Shown here: piece after piece, positions 32,013 to 41,959 of the stretch
How the letters are laid out: each line of letters begins with the position of its first letter
How positions within the stretch are numbered: position 1 is the first letter of the stretch
IMG/VR virus record: IMGVR_UViG_3300010400_000001
Coordinates: 64,001-128,000 of that record
Strand: one strand, 5' to 3'
Source: a virus
Length of the DNA stretch: 64,000 bases
Made by a program: the position numbers and the translations under genes
The notes under the pieces: model-generated
What the model was told of the DNA's origin: nothing
The model's input: the letters and a program-made list of their open reading frames with translations, nothing else
The model's database searches: none

Positions 32013-32899
32013 TGTTCGTCGAAAAGCTCTCCTCGATCTACGACGAGCTCGCAGGTCCTCCCGGGATCCCGTGGGCGGGCCTCACTGCCGACGGGCACGG
32101 CATCAGCGAGAACGGCTACGACCCGACGTACATGGACTTCATGTTGAAGGCGGGGTCGGAGTTCTTCGGCGTGATCGGGGAGATGAGTCCGGAGTTCGTG
32201 TCCAGATATCGAAACCTTCGTGGCGACGAGGCGCGCGCGAGCATCAGTCGCCTGACTCTCGTCATCGAGCAGGTCGGCGCCGACGTGTGGCAGGCCGTGA
32301 AGGAGGGCGACTGGGACGCTTTCGTGGCCTTGCCGCGCACGACGACGATGGACGCGCTCGCGACCGTCGCGGCGGCGAGCACGAACGGCGCATTCCTCCA
32401 TTACGACGGGGTGATGGAAGGCGCGATGCGCGCCGGCAAGATGAAGCCCGAAGAGGTGATGGGGCACGCCCAGTCGGTGACGAAGATCTTTCAAACCTTC
32501 GTCGACCTCGACAAGAACGGCCACCTCGACAAGTTCAAAAAAGGCGCGCCCGTTGCGGGGCTCGGAATTGCGCCGGCAATCATCGGGGCGATCGCAGCAG
32601 TCGGCGTCATGCTCCTCATCGCGACCTGCTACCTCTTTTACGTCTTTCAGATCGCTGCGCCCGCTCAGAAGAAAGCGCTCGAGTGGTGCGACAAGGTCGC
32701 CAAGAGCGGAACGAACGACGAGATCATGGCGTGCGTGAACGCCGCGAACGAATCGGCGAAGACTGGAAACCCGAACCTCGGGGGAATGTTCGGCTCTGCC
32801 GTGGCGCCGCTCGTTGCCGTCGCCGCAGTAGGTGGGGCGCTCTACCTCGCTCCCTACATCATCAAGTCCTTTCGGCAGCTCAAGACGGCAAAAGCGTAA
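32012..32899 (+). CDS. Putative virion membrane protein (two TM segments)
   Basis: VAGLG directly before the first TM; second TM at the C-terminus. Confidence 0.7.
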   Translation: MFVEKLSSIYDELAGPPGIPWAGLTADGHGISENGYDPTYMDFMLKAGSEFFGVIGEMSPEFVSRYRNLRGDEARASISRLTLVIEQVGADVWQAVKEGDWDAFVALPRTTTMDALATVAAASTNGAFLHYDGVMEGAMRAGKMKPEEVMGHAQSVTKIFQTFVDLDKNGHLDKFKKGAPVAGLGIAPAIIGAIAAVGVMLLIATCYLFYVFQIAAPAQKKALEWCDKVAKSGTNDEIMACVNAANESAKTGNPNLGGMFGSAVAPLVAVAAVGGALYLAPYIIKSFRQLKTAKA

Positions 32900-32915
32900 G
32901 GAGTTCGATCGGCCC

Positions 32916-33260
32916 ATGTCGGAGACCATCTACTCACGTTGGCGTCCCGATAGCGGGGGCTACGATTATTTCGTCGCCCCGGGCTCGGTGAACATCAACG
33001 ATGACCTCCCGACTCCAGAGCTCGACCCAGCAACGAAGATTGGCGTTCCCTCGATCGAGGCGGGGAGGCCGGTTCCTTCGGGCGCCAGGGCCGCGGGCTC
33101 GGGCGATGAGGCCATCGGTCTCGTCGCTCCAGTCGACGAGCGGCGCATCGTGAGACGCGTACGGTCTCTCGCGGGCATGGACGCGCCGGGGGGCGGGATG
33201 AAGTGGGCCATTGGTCTCGCTGCCGCCGCGGGCCTCATCTGGTACATAAAGAGTAAGTAA
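32916..33260 (+). CDS. Small C-terminally anchored protein
   Basis: MSETIYSRWRPDSGGYDYF...TM plus KSK. Confidence 0.7.
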   Translation: MSETIYSRWRPDSGGYDYFVAPGSVNINDDLPTPELDPATKIGVPSIEAGRPVPSGARAAGSGDEAIGLVAPVDERRIVRRVRSLAGMDAPGGGMKWAIGLAAAAGLIWYIKSK

Positions 33261-33815
33261 ATGGCCCTTCGAGTCGTCGACACCAAGGAAGCAGCGGCGA
33301 AAACGTTTCGCACGTTTCACGATCGCGCGCCCGAGGAGGAGATCGAGCTCCCGTTCACGTGGCCCCCGCGGCTCCAGGAAGTCGGCGAGGGCAAGGCCGA
33401 GATGTACCGATCGAACAAGTGGAAGAAGAATCGATCGGAGCACGACGATTACAAGCACGTCGTCGAATCGAACCGCACAGTCTACGTGGAGCCGGGCTTC
33501 CTTCGCGAAGGCGTCCGCCCGTACAGGCCCATGAAGCTCTACGGCCCGACCTTGAGCTTCGAGGGGACGATGCCGAAGTACTTCACGTTCTTGGGTCCTC
33601 TCCTCGGAGTGCAGCTCCGTCTCTACGACGAGAGCGAGACGCTCCCGTCGGGCGGCAAGGAGCTCTACGAAGTCAGGATCGCGCGCGCGAAGCTCGGCGC
33701 CGCCAAGCACCCGGATACGAACGAAACCTTTCTCTTCGTGTACACGCCGGACGGCGTTCACATGATCCTCACGGGCGAACGTCTTTCGATCGAGAAGGAC
33801 GGCATCGCTGGATGA
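33261..33815 (+). CDS. Hypothetical soluble protein
   Basis: Clean ORF abutting neighbours. Confidence 0.7.
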   Translation: MALRVVDTKEAAAKTFRTFHDRAPEEEIELPFTWPPRLQEVGEGKAEMYRSNKWKKNRSEHDDYKHVVESNRTVYVEPGFLREGVRPYRPMKLYGPTLSFEGTMPKYFTFLGPLLGVQLRLYDESETLPSGGKELYEVRIARAKLGAAKHPDTNETFLFVYTPDGVHMILTGERLSIEKDGIAG

Positions 33816-35725
33816 TCTATTCCCCGTCCATGAATATCTGGACGCCCTATCGCGGCCTAGGCGGAACTCCGGGTCGAATGCCGATCCCCCCGGGCTCGGG
33901 GACGTCGACGAGCCCTGCAGATCTCGCCCGCGGATTCATTAGCCCGGCTGACGCTACCGCGGCGCGGGACCACTTCAGGGAGGCCGTCGGCGACATGCCG
34001 TGGGTGCCGACGGCGCCGACTGAGCTCGGCCCGTGGGCAGCCGAGCAGGTGAAGATCTTCTCTTCGAAAGAGATGACCCAGGGGATCGAGAACGGGAAGC
34101 GCGTCTTCGATCAGAAGATGTCAGCCGGCGGAACCGTGCTCGCCGAGACGTTCCCGCCGATGACCGAGGGCATGATCGAACAGTGGTCGAGGGACTACGT
34201 CGAAAAGAACGGCTTCCCATCGAGTCCAGAGTCGGCCATCGCGATGGGGCGCGCGTTCGTCATCGCGAACTGCGACCAAATCGGGCTCCCGCCGGAGTTC
34301 ATCGCGGCGAGCGATCTCATTCAAAACTTCCCGCAAACGCCAGAGACGGCAATCGGCTGGTCGATTTCGCTGAGCTCGTATTTTCTGAGCTCGTACGGCG
34401 TTCCGATCGTGGACGTCACGGACGTCTCGAGCTTCCTCTCGGCGAGCGCGCGGGCGGCCATCGCGCAGGTTGCCCCCGGCGTGCCCTTCACGCTCTTCGA
34501 TACGACTTTCGAGGCGCTCTCCGACGGGCAGCTCTCGGGCGAAGAGGCGAAGGGCATCGTGATTGGCGCGGCGGGGTTCATCGGCGGCCTCATCGGGCAG
34601 GCGTTTGGTCTCCCGGCTCCGATCGGAGCGCTCCTTAGCCAGCTCCTTGTCGGCGGCCTGGTTCAAGCCTTCGGCTGGGGCCCGAGCGATTCGGATAAGC
34701 TCCGCGCAGCGCAATCGGCGGCGGCGACAGCGGCGCGGCAAGCTCAGAAGGAGTGCACGGCGCTCTCGACGGCGCTCTGGCTCGAGTACCAGCAGTACTG
34801 GGATGCGATCACGCGAGATCTCACGGCCTCGATTCACGAGAACCAGGATTGGCTCGTGCAGGGCTCGTGTAACAGCACGAACGGCATTCGTCTCTTCGGA
34901 TCGACGACGCTCGACTACGTGCGAGATCCGATGGGAAACCCCATCGTGTCGAATCCCGACGAAGTGAAGAAAGGAGCGAAACCAAAGTACCGGAAGTATC
35001 CGTACACGCTGACGAGGGAGTGCAGGGAGGGGAAAGGCTGCCCGTACCTGTCGCTCTCGAGCGATCCCATCGTGAGTCGAGACAAGTTCGCGCTGTCTCC
35101 TTCCGAGCTCAAGCGCGTGCCGTCGATCTCGATTGGTGGTCGCGGTTGCGACGCGGCGAGTGCGCTCGCGTTCTGGGGTGCTCAGCGGTACGTGACGCCG
35201 ATGCACGTGGTCTACGCCATGGGAGGCAAGACCCAGAAGTGGATCGAGCCATCGACGTACACGGAGACCCAGCTCACGAGTCACAACGTCGTGCCCTGGG
35301 ATCAGATCCTCCATTCGGACTCGGACTACCTGAACTACATCGGCTACGTCGGCACCTACGATTTCGGAACGAAGGTGACCGCCTGCATGGCGCCGACCTG
35401 GGCGTCCTTCATGTTCCGCTCACTGGAGCAGGCCGCCGCGTCCGTGGCTCTCGTCCAGCGAGATCTCGCTCGCACGGTGAGCGCGGCAGTCACGGAGTAC
35501 GGGATCCAGTACCACCTCGAACAGGCGGCGGACGTGAAGTGGCAGGTCGCGAGCGCGGCTCAAAAACGCGCGGCGGCTCGCGCGGTCGCCGCCAAAGCCG
35601 CGGCCTACCGGCATAGCATCGTCGAAGCCCGTCGCCGCGGCGCGCGGACGGCAGATCTCGTAAACTACGGGCTCCTCGCCGCGGGGAGCGCCGCGCTCCT
35701 CGGAGTATTTGCGGGCAAGCGATGA
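33812..35725 (+). CDS. Large membrane-associated protein (~637 aa), candidate DNA-entry or structural protein
   Basis: N-terminal YRGLG, internal Gly-rich hydrophobic hairpin, Cys pairs, C-terminal TM plus KR. Confidence 0.7.
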   Translation: MIYSPSMNIWTPYRGLGGTPGRMPIPPGSGTSTSPADLARGFISPADATAARDHFREAVGDMPWVPTAPTELGPWAAEQVKIFSSKEMTQGIENGKRVFDQKMSAGGTVLAETFPPMTEGMIEQWSRDYVEKNGFPSSPESAIAMGRAFVIANCDQIGLPPEFIAASDLIQNFPQTPETAIGWSISLSSYFLSSYGVPIVDVTDVSSFLSASARAAIAQVAPGVPFTLFDTTFEALSDGQLSGEEAKGIVIGAAGFIGGLIGQAFGLPAPIGALLSQLLVGGLVQAFGWGPSDSDKLRAAQSAAATAARQAQKECTALSTALWLEYQQYWDAITRDLTASIHENQDWLVQGSCNSTNGIRLFGSTTLDYVRDPMGNPIVSNPDEVKKGAKPKYRKYPYTLTRECREGKGCPYLSLSSDPIVSRDKFALSPSELKRVPSISIGGRGCDAASALAFWGAQRYVTPMHVVYAMGGKTQKWIEPSTYTETQLTSHNVVPWDQILHSDSDYLNYIGYVGTYDFGTKVTACMAPTWASFMFRSLEQAAASVALVQRDLARTVSAAVTEYGIQYHLEQAADVKWQVASAAQKRAAARAVAAKAAAYRHSIVEARRRGARTADLVNYGLLAAGSAALLGVFAGKR

Positions 35726-35871
35726 CGCCGGAAGAGAAAAAGGCAGAAGCCGAGCGCGCCGCCGAGCTTCACAAGACGGAGCTCGCGATGATCCGCTTAA
35801 ACTTCATCGGGCTCATGGGACTCGGCCTCATGGGTCTCACCTCGTACCTCCTCTTCTGGAGGCGCCGGTGA
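35722..35871 (+). CDS. 49-aa membrane protein not in the ORF track
   Basis: MTPEEKKAEAERAAELHKTELAMIRLNFIGLMGLGLMGLTSYLLFWRRR; overlaps both neighbours by 4 nt. Confidence 0.7.
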   Translation: MTPEEKKAEAERAAELHKTELAMIRLNFIGLMGLGLMGLTSYLLFWRRR

Positions 35872-36926
35872 GTTACCAGGGCCTCGGCCTCGATTTTTTC
35901 AATCAGCCGTGCGGCGGCTATCCGCTAAATACCGCCGACTACCTCTACGGCGGGATTGCGCTCTCGACGATTCAGAACGTCGTCGAGGATACGGTGACAG
36001 TGCTCCTTCACGGCGGCGGAGACTACGTCGCGCTCTGCGACAATAAGTACTTCGCCTACGTTCCTGGGCATCCCGAGATTGCCGCGATCTTCGGAAGCCG
36101 AGAAGAGGAGGCGCGGCTTCTCGCGGGCGCAGTGCTCTCGACGATGCTGACTCAAGAGCGAGTACGACCTGGCACGCATCGGACGACGTTGCAGTTTGCG
36201 ACTGACATCGTCACCGAAATCACGAAGACGCTCTACAACGGAGGCGATCCGTCGGCGTGTGAATCGACGTTCGCAGAATCCTTTCTCCGCTGGCAGGGCC
36301 TCTCTGCGCTCTCGGTGCCGACGTCGCTCGCGAAAACCGGTTGGTGCGAAAAGGCGCTCTCGCTTCCCTGGTCGAGTGACGGGCGGCACGTGACGTCGTG
36401 CGAGGCGCAGTCGATCTGCAAGGTGACGACGGCCGCGGACGGAAAGCCCGTCTACTATCCAGTGCCGGCGCCGAGTCCGACAGATCCGGGCGTCGCCGTC
36501 AAAGCAGCAGGAAATAAGCCCGAGCCGCCGCCATCGAAAGCAGAGATAGAGGCTGCAGTCCAAAAGAAGATGGGCCAAACCGGCGAGTCGCTTGCGGAAG
36601 CGGAGCTCTCTCAGGAGTACCTCGAGCTCACGAGCTACTTGAAGGCGCTCACCGAATCGCGAACATGGCTTCGTATGGCGCTCGGGCTTTCGAAGAAGGC
36701 GACCGACAGGGACGTGATGAACACACTTCGGTCCCGCGGCATCTCCGCGAGCGAAGTCCTCGATTGGTTCGACGGGTGTAACTTCGAAACGAATTGCTTT
36801 CGCCGCGAGATGAACGTGGCGATCGGTGAGTCGACCGTGCGCTTGAACGATCGGCGCGCAAAGTTCGCCGTGCTGGGCCTCGCCGCAGTCGCCACGGCGT
36901 TTTTCTTTTACAAGGAGCTCCGATGA
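35868..36926 (+). CDS. C-terminally anchored Cys-containing protein
   Basis: Starts (M)SYQGLG; ends in TM plus KELR. Confidence 0.7.
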   Translation: MSYQGLGLDFFNQPCGGYPLNTADYLYGGIALSTIQNVVEDTVTVLLHGGGDYVALCDNKYFAYVPGHPEIAAIFGSREEEARLLAGAVLSTMLTQERVRPGTHRTTLQFATDIVTEITKTLYNGGDPSACESTFAESFLRWQGLSALSVPTSLAKTGWCEKALSLPWSSDGRHVTSCEAQSICKVTTAADGKPVYYPVPAPSPTDPGVAVKAAGNKPEPPPSKAEIEAAVQKKMGQTGESLAEAELSQEYLELTSYLKALTESRTWLRMALGLSKKATDRDVMNTLRSRGISASEVLDWFDGCNFETNCFRREMNVAIGESTVRLNDRRAKFAVLGLAAVATAFFFYKELR

Positions 36927-37300
36927 TGTCGCTTGGGCTCGTGAAGCTCGCTACGGCGACGCCGGTCGGCGATCCGCCGGAAGTGCGCGCGGCGCGGCGG
37001 CTCGAGTACCTCCTCGTGCTCTTTCAGGAAGCGCACGTCGATCCCGACAAGACGCCTCAGGGCGACATCGTGTACGCGCTCGCGACGCCGTACGAGCAGC
37101 GCGGGCTCACTTCGGCAGACATAGAACGCTGGATCGACGAATGCGACCCGGTAAAGAAGCCCCCCTGGGACGAGGTCGCCTGCTTTCGCGGGAAGGTCAG
37201 GGCCGCGATGAAGGGGCAAATGGGCCTAGGAACGAAGGTGGCGCTGATTGGCGCAGGAGCGTTTTTCGCGGGCTTTGTGCTCTCCCGGGCCCGCCGTTAG
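36923..37300 (+). CDS. Small C-terminally anchored protein
   Basis: QMGLG before the TM; RARR tail. Confidence 0.7.
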   Translation: MMSLGLVKLATATPVGDPPEVRAARRLEYLLVLFQEAHVDPDKTPQGDIVYALATPYEQRGLTSADIERWIDECDPVKKPPWDEVACFRGKVRAAMKGQMGLGTKVALIGAGAFFAGFVLSRARR

Positions 37301-37308
37301 GCGTGTTC

Positions 37309-37337
37309 TTGACGGGAGGTATGTACCCGGGTAGGCT
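37309..37337 (+). promoter_or_regulatory. Putative sigma70-type promoter upstream of the core/capsid-like genes
   Basis: TTGACG-N17-TAGGCT in the intergenic gap. Confidence 0.55.
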
Positions 37338-37381
37338 CGTTTCTAGTTAGCAGGCGCCTTCCCGACGCCTCGCAGTCCCTA

Positions 37382-39889
37382 GTGGTTTGCGAGAGAAGTC
37401 GAGTGAGAGGCAAGCAAAGAGCATACGGGCGAGCGTTTCCGATCCGCGAGGCGGATGTCGGCTCGTACCGAATGACGTCGCCAGGGCGCTATCGGTCAAA
37501 CCCGATGGGCGTGACGACGCTCTCTGCCGTCAACGGTCCCGGAGCGTACGCGGCGACTCGAGGGCTCTCTCGCGCTGAGCGAGTGAAGCGTGCTCGCCGC
37601 CTCATGAAACGGAGCAGAAGCATGAAGGGCAACAAGGTCCACCGAGCGGAGTTCGTTCGCCGCATGAACGCGAACAGCGGTCGCATGACGAGCTCAGCGG
37701 CGCGAAAGCGCGCTGGCAAGCGCCTCGCCGCATTTCAGGCGGCTCGCCGCCGAGGTCTCTCTGTCGAATCGGCAAAGAGATCCGCTGCTCGGAAGGTCCC
37801 GCTGAAAAAGCGTCGCCGGAGCTACCGCCGTAACGATCCGACGCAAGTCGCAACGCCGGCGTACCGCTCGGGGCACGAGCGGATCTACGGAAAGAAGGCG
37901 CAGCGACGCCGCGAGGCTGCCGCGAAGCGGAAAGCGCGCAAGGCCGCGATGGCCGAGCGCAAGCGCACTCGCCGGTCGGCCGCGAAGGCGCGCCGGTCCG
38001 CCGCGACGGCGAAACGGAAGGCACGCGCCGCCGCGCGCCGCGCCGCGATGACGCCGGAGAAACGAAGGGCGCTCGCCAAGCGCCGTCGCAAGGCAAGCTT
38101 CCCGCGCCAGTACAAGAAGGTGCGCGCCCGCCGAGGCAAGATGCGTCGAGTCAGGACCTACTACGGTCCGTACAAGCGCGCGCGCGCGAAAGACCCGCGA
38201 AGTGGCCGCACCCGGTACACGTACATGTACCGAGCGAAGAAGGGCCGTCGCCGAAAGATCCCCCAATGGGCCGTTGCCGGTGCCGTCAGTGCTCGCGACT
38301 ACAAGTCGTCGTCCGAGTACGGGCGTGCCCGGGAGCGGATTGCCCGTAGACGTAAAACAGCCGCCGCTCGCGTTGAGCGGAGCGGAGATGCGTTCGTTCC
38401 GAACGCGGGAGCAAAGAAAGTGGCAAGACGAAAGAAGCGAGGACACAAGAAGACCTCCCGCAAGGCGGGACGCCGCAGGATCCGCAGGGTGAAGCGCAGG
38501 TCGAGCTCACGCAGGCGAGCGAGCCGCGTGGGGCGCCGGAAGGCTCGTCGTCGTCCGCGTCGGAAGACGCGTACGAAGTCGCGTCGCAGGGCAAAGACGA
38601 GGCGCCGAACGGCCAAGCGCAGGCGCTCGAGCGCCAAGCGCCGTACGCGTCGGGCGCCGCGGCGGATCGGTCGTCGCAAGGTCCGTAGGCTTCGCCGAGG
38701 GATCTACCTCGTCGCAAACCGTCGCCGGCGTCGTCGTCGCAAGGTGATGGCGGAAAACCGGAGGACGAGGCGTCATCACCGCCGGAGGCCGCGCCGGTTG
38801 CGCGCAAACCGTCGTCGCCGTCACTACGAGGAGAATCGTAGGCGAAGGCGTCACAGTCGGAAGCGCTACACTGCGAATCGTCGTCGGCGGAGCTACCGCA
38901 GAAACGGCTTCACTGCCGATCTCGGGACCATCGCCAAGACTGGGCTCAGCGTGCTCTTCGGGTTCTTCCTGCACAAGGCGGCAACCGGAGCGCTCGTTGC
39001 GGCTCTGACTTCCACGGACGCGACGAGCGGCGCCATTACCTTCGCGGGTATGGCGACAGTCGGCGCCGACGGGAAGCCGACGATGCTCGCGATGTGGCAA
39101 AAGCCGGCAGCCGGCGCCATCACTGGTCTCATCGCCATCGCGGGCGTCAGCGCCGTGAAGCAGGTGAAGGAGTCCACGAGAATGTCGGTTTCGGCCGGCG
39201 TGGTCGTGTCTCTCTTTCAGAGCGCCGTTCACTCGGCACTCGCGATGCTCGACCAGCCGAAGGTGCTCTCGTATCTCGAGGGCTACCAGAACAGCGCCGC
39301 CTACTCGCTACGCGGCACTCGCGGTCGCCGGCGTCGGGCAGTGCACGGTCTCGGCGTCGCCCGAAACGCGACCTCGATCATGCCGCAGTACGCGCCCGTT
39401 GGAACCTTCCAACAGGCGGCCGCTGGCATGGGCGAGTACTTCGCGCAGAAGGGCGTCGGCGAGTACTTCGCGGGCGCTGGAGTCGAGGGCGTCGGTCACT
39501 ACGAGAAGGCGGGTCCGCTCGCGCTTCTGCCGACGACGAGTCACATGGGACAGCTTCCGATCGATGACGGCATCCGTCCCGATTCGAATCTCGACCACGT
39601 GATGGATCTCGCGGAGTCCGCAGCTGGCCTCGGTGGCGGCGGCGGATATCGTCAGGCGGCAGCAGGCATGGGCCAGTTCCGTCAGGCAGCCGCGGGTCTC
39701 GGCGAGTACTTCTCGGCCGCGCCGCAGGACGGTGGGTTCAAGGAGTTCTCGGTGCCGACGCAGAGTCAGTGGATCCCGTCCGGGCCTCTCTGGGCCGGGA
39801 CGACTCCCGCTGAAGCCGCGTACACGGAGAGCGAGCTCCCCGCGGGGATCCTCCAGGGTCCCGGCGGAAACGGAGTGCTCTCGGGCTGA
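37382..39889 (+). CDS. Extremely Arg/Lys-rich protein with hydrophobic segments and a Gly-motif tail; candidate DNA-condensing core precursor (start uncertain, possibly 37472)
   Basis: About 470 aa protamine-like region with repeated xxNRRRR, then hydrophobic helices, then repeated AAG[ML]G and GEYF. Confidence 0.7.
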   Translation: MVCERSRVRGKQRAYGRAFPIREADVGSYRMTSPGRYRSNPMGVTTLSAVNGPGAYAATRGLSRAERVKRARRLMKRSRSMKGNKVHRAEFVRRMNANSGRMTSSAARKRAGKRLAAFQAARRRGLSVESAKRSAARKVPLKKRRRSYRRNDPTQVATPAYRSGHERIYGKKAQRRREAAAKRKARKAAMAERKRTRRSAAKARRSAATAKRKARAAARRAAMTPEKRRALAKRRRKASFPRQYKKVRARRGKMRRVRTYYGPYKRARAKDPRSGRTRYTYMYRAKKGRRRKIPQWAVAGAVSARDYKSSSEYGRARERIARRRKTAAARVERSGDAFVPNAGAKKVARRKKRGHKKTSRKAGRRRIRRVKRRSSSRRRASRVGRRKARRRPRRKTRTKSRRRAKTRRRTAKRRRSSAKRRTRRAPRRIGRRKVRRLRRGIYLVANRRRRRRRKVMAENRRTRRHHRRRPRRLRANRRRRHYEENRRRRRHSRKRYTANRRRRSYRRNGFTADLGTIAKTGLSVLFGFFLHKAATGALVAALTSTDATSGAITFAGMATVGADGKPTMLAMWQKPAAGAITGLIAIAGVSAVKQVKESTRMSVSAGVVVSLFQSAVHSALAMLDQPKVLSYLEGYQNSAAYSLRGTRGRRRRAVHGLGVARNATSIMPQYAPVGTFQQAAAGMGEYFAQKGVGEYFAGAGVEGVGHYEKAGPLALLPTTSHMGQLPIDDGIRPDSNLDHVMDLAESAAGLGGGGGYRQAAAGMGQFRQAAAGLGEYFSAAPQDGGFKEFSVPTQSQWIPSGPLWAGTTPAEAAYTESELPAGILQGPGGNGVLSG

Positions 39890-40064
39890 AACGGCGCGCC
39901 ACGCGCGCGCCATGAGCCGCCGCCCCGGTAGGACGCGAAAGCGAGCCCCGGGGCTGCGGTGTCAGAACCGATCGAGAGGCCGCTCATCTCGAGCTGGGAC
40001 GACACCCAAACCAAAAAACGGAACCTCTCGGTCACTAACCCGTTTCCAAAGGAAACCAACCAGC

Positions 40065-40868
40065 ATGGCAAAGCTCACAAATGTGAGAGAGCGTGTTCAC
40101 CAACCGTTCTTCGACACGCTCGTCCGCACTTCCGGTCTCGGAGGCACCATTCAGGCCGTCAACCAGCGCACGTCGCTCTTCACGAACGCCGCGCGCCAGG
40201 ACGACATCAACGCCCTGACGAACCTCCAGAACGGGTCGACGCTTCCGTCCGACCAGAGCCACGTGACGCTCGCGCTCCGCGTCTTCACTTGGTTCCGCAA
40301 TCCGCAGATCCGCGCGAGCGGTTTTGCGAACGGCGCCATCAAGAACAACGGCGACTTCTCCCAAGCGGGAGCAGCGGCGTTCTTCTCGCAAGGTGGCGTG
40401 GATCCGAACGGCGCGATCGCCGGCCCCGGTCAGTTCAACTACCCGGGTTCGATCGAGGACGTCTACCGCCTCTACTGGCAGGCGGAAGAGCAACTTCACT
40501 GGAGCTATGGCACCGGTGAGAAGTTCTCGATCACGAACATGCCGACGAAGTACTTCCCGGACGGCGGCGGCCTCTGGGGCGACCTCGGCGGTTCCTCGGA
40601 TCTCATCCACTTTAACAACGGAACGCCCGACCACACGGCGATCCTCCGGCTCGCACGCGCGATCCTTCTCCCGCCCCGGCAGAACGTCCGGTGTGTGGCG
40701 GAGATTTCGCCGCTGCCCGACGGCGGAAACGCGCAGCTTGCAGGGACGACTGTCCAGGGCAACGGCCGCAACATGCTGTCGCTCCAGTCGAACCTCAACA
40801 CGGCCGACGGGATCAACAAGGTGATTCAGTTCACCTTCGACGGTCTCTTCGCCCGCGACGTTCAGTAG
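40065..40868 (+). CDS. Putative major capsid protein (beta-rich, possibly jelly-roll)
   Basis: Preceded by a long leader and SD AAGGA; soluble, Asn/Gly/Phe-rich with alternating beta patterns; follows the core-like gene. Fold is inferred, not computed. Confidence 0.45.
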   Translation: MAKLTNVRERVHQPFFDTLVRTSGLGGTIQAVNQRTSLFTNAARQDDINALTNLQNGSTLPSDQSHVTLALRVFTWFRNPQIRASGFANGAIKNNGDFSQAGAAAFFSQGGVDPNGAIAGPGQFNYPGSIEDVYRLYWQAEEQLHWSYGTGEKFSITNMPTKYFPDGGGLWGDLGGSSDLIHFNNGTPDHTAILRLARAILLPPRQNVRCVAEISPLPDGGNAQLAGTTVQGNGRNMLSLQSNLNTADGINKVIQFTFDGLFARDVQ

Positions 40869-40905
40869 TCCGCGCTCTCCCTCGAACTAGTCCCCCCAAA
40901 GGGGC

Positions 40906-41949
40906 TTGGCACGGACGGCGCGGCTCACCCCGCGCCGTCCGGTACTCCTAACGGAGGCACAATTGGCTGATCTGCAAACGATTCTGGCTCAGCTCCAGCA
41001 GACCGCTGGAATGGCTGTCGGCAATGCGCGCGACGCCTTGAGAGCGGCTCAAGGCACGCAGGCCGACCAGGCGCTCGTAAGACAAGAGCTCGCGCGGCAG
41101 TCGCGCGATCTTCAAAATCTCGCCAACGCCTTGACCGGCGTCGAGGCATCGACGAAGGGCGCTGGCTACGGAAACGGCAACGTGAACGATCACGTTCGCT
41201 ACATCGAGTCGATCCCGGGCCGCAGGATCCCGTTCGACTTCATCGTCTCGATCCCCATCATCGCTAACTCCATTCAGGAGGCGCAAGGAACGAAGAGCGT
41301 GTCGCAAGACGGGCCCTTCGTCGCCGTCGCGAGGTTCGCGGCGTTCCAGTCGGCGTTCCAGTTCACCCGGCGTGACCCGGTCACGCAAGAGCTCGGCTCG
41401 TTTCAGGGTCGCTCCTTCGGCAGGTATCGCCCGGTCTCTTCCGCCTGGGATCTTGCCGATGCGTCTGCGGGAGTCTTTCAGCCGACGACTGGGATTGCGT
41501 CACCCGGCACGGGCGCTCCGATCGTGGCGAGTCCGTCCAACATGTCGAGCTTTCGCACGATGGAGTTCGACGGGACGATCGATTTCCTGAATCAGGGCTC
41601 GGGCTTCTTCCGGAATAACGACCCTGTGCCGAGCGCCTTCTATTCGGAGTCGATCAACGCGCCGTTTCAGCTCGGAGCCTTGGACTTTTTCGAGCGTGGC
41701 GAGACGCTTCAGTGGAAGGTACGGCCGACGCACGTGAATAACCCTCCAGCGGGTAACCTCTCGGGGTATGCTGCGGGTGGGCTCTTCCCATTCCTGTCGA
41801 GCCAATACGACGTGCAAGAAGGCGTGAACGACCAGCTCGATCCCGATGCGACGACGGATCCGATTCAGAGGCTCCCTGACGGGATCCTCATCCTCGGCTT
41901 CCACGGCTTCAGGATCGTCCAGCCACCGGGCCCAGTCCGGATGACGTAA
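40906..41949 (+). CDS. Putative capsid-associated protein (N-terminal coiled coil plus beta-rich domain)
   Basis: Ends in a similar terminal strand (ILILGFHGFRI) to 40065 (IQFTFDGLF). Confidence 0.4.
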   Translation: MARTARLTPRRPVLLTEAQLADLQTILAQLQQTAGMAVGNARDALRAAQGTQADQALVRQELARQSRDLQNLANALTGVEASTKGAGYGNGNVNDHVRYIESIPGRRIPFDFIVSIPIIANSIQEAQGTKSVSQDGPFVAVARFAAFQSAFQFTRRDPVTQELGSFQGRSFGRYRPVSSAWDLADASAGVFQPTTGIASPGTGAPIVASPSNMSSFRTMEFDGTIDFLNQGSGFFRNNDPVPSAFYSESINAPFQLGALDFFERGETLQWKVRPTHVNNPPAGNLSGYAAGGLFPFLSSQYDVQEGVNDQLDPDATTDPIQRLPDGILILGFHGFRIVQPPGPVRMT

Positions 41950-41959
41950 GGGGGCCACC

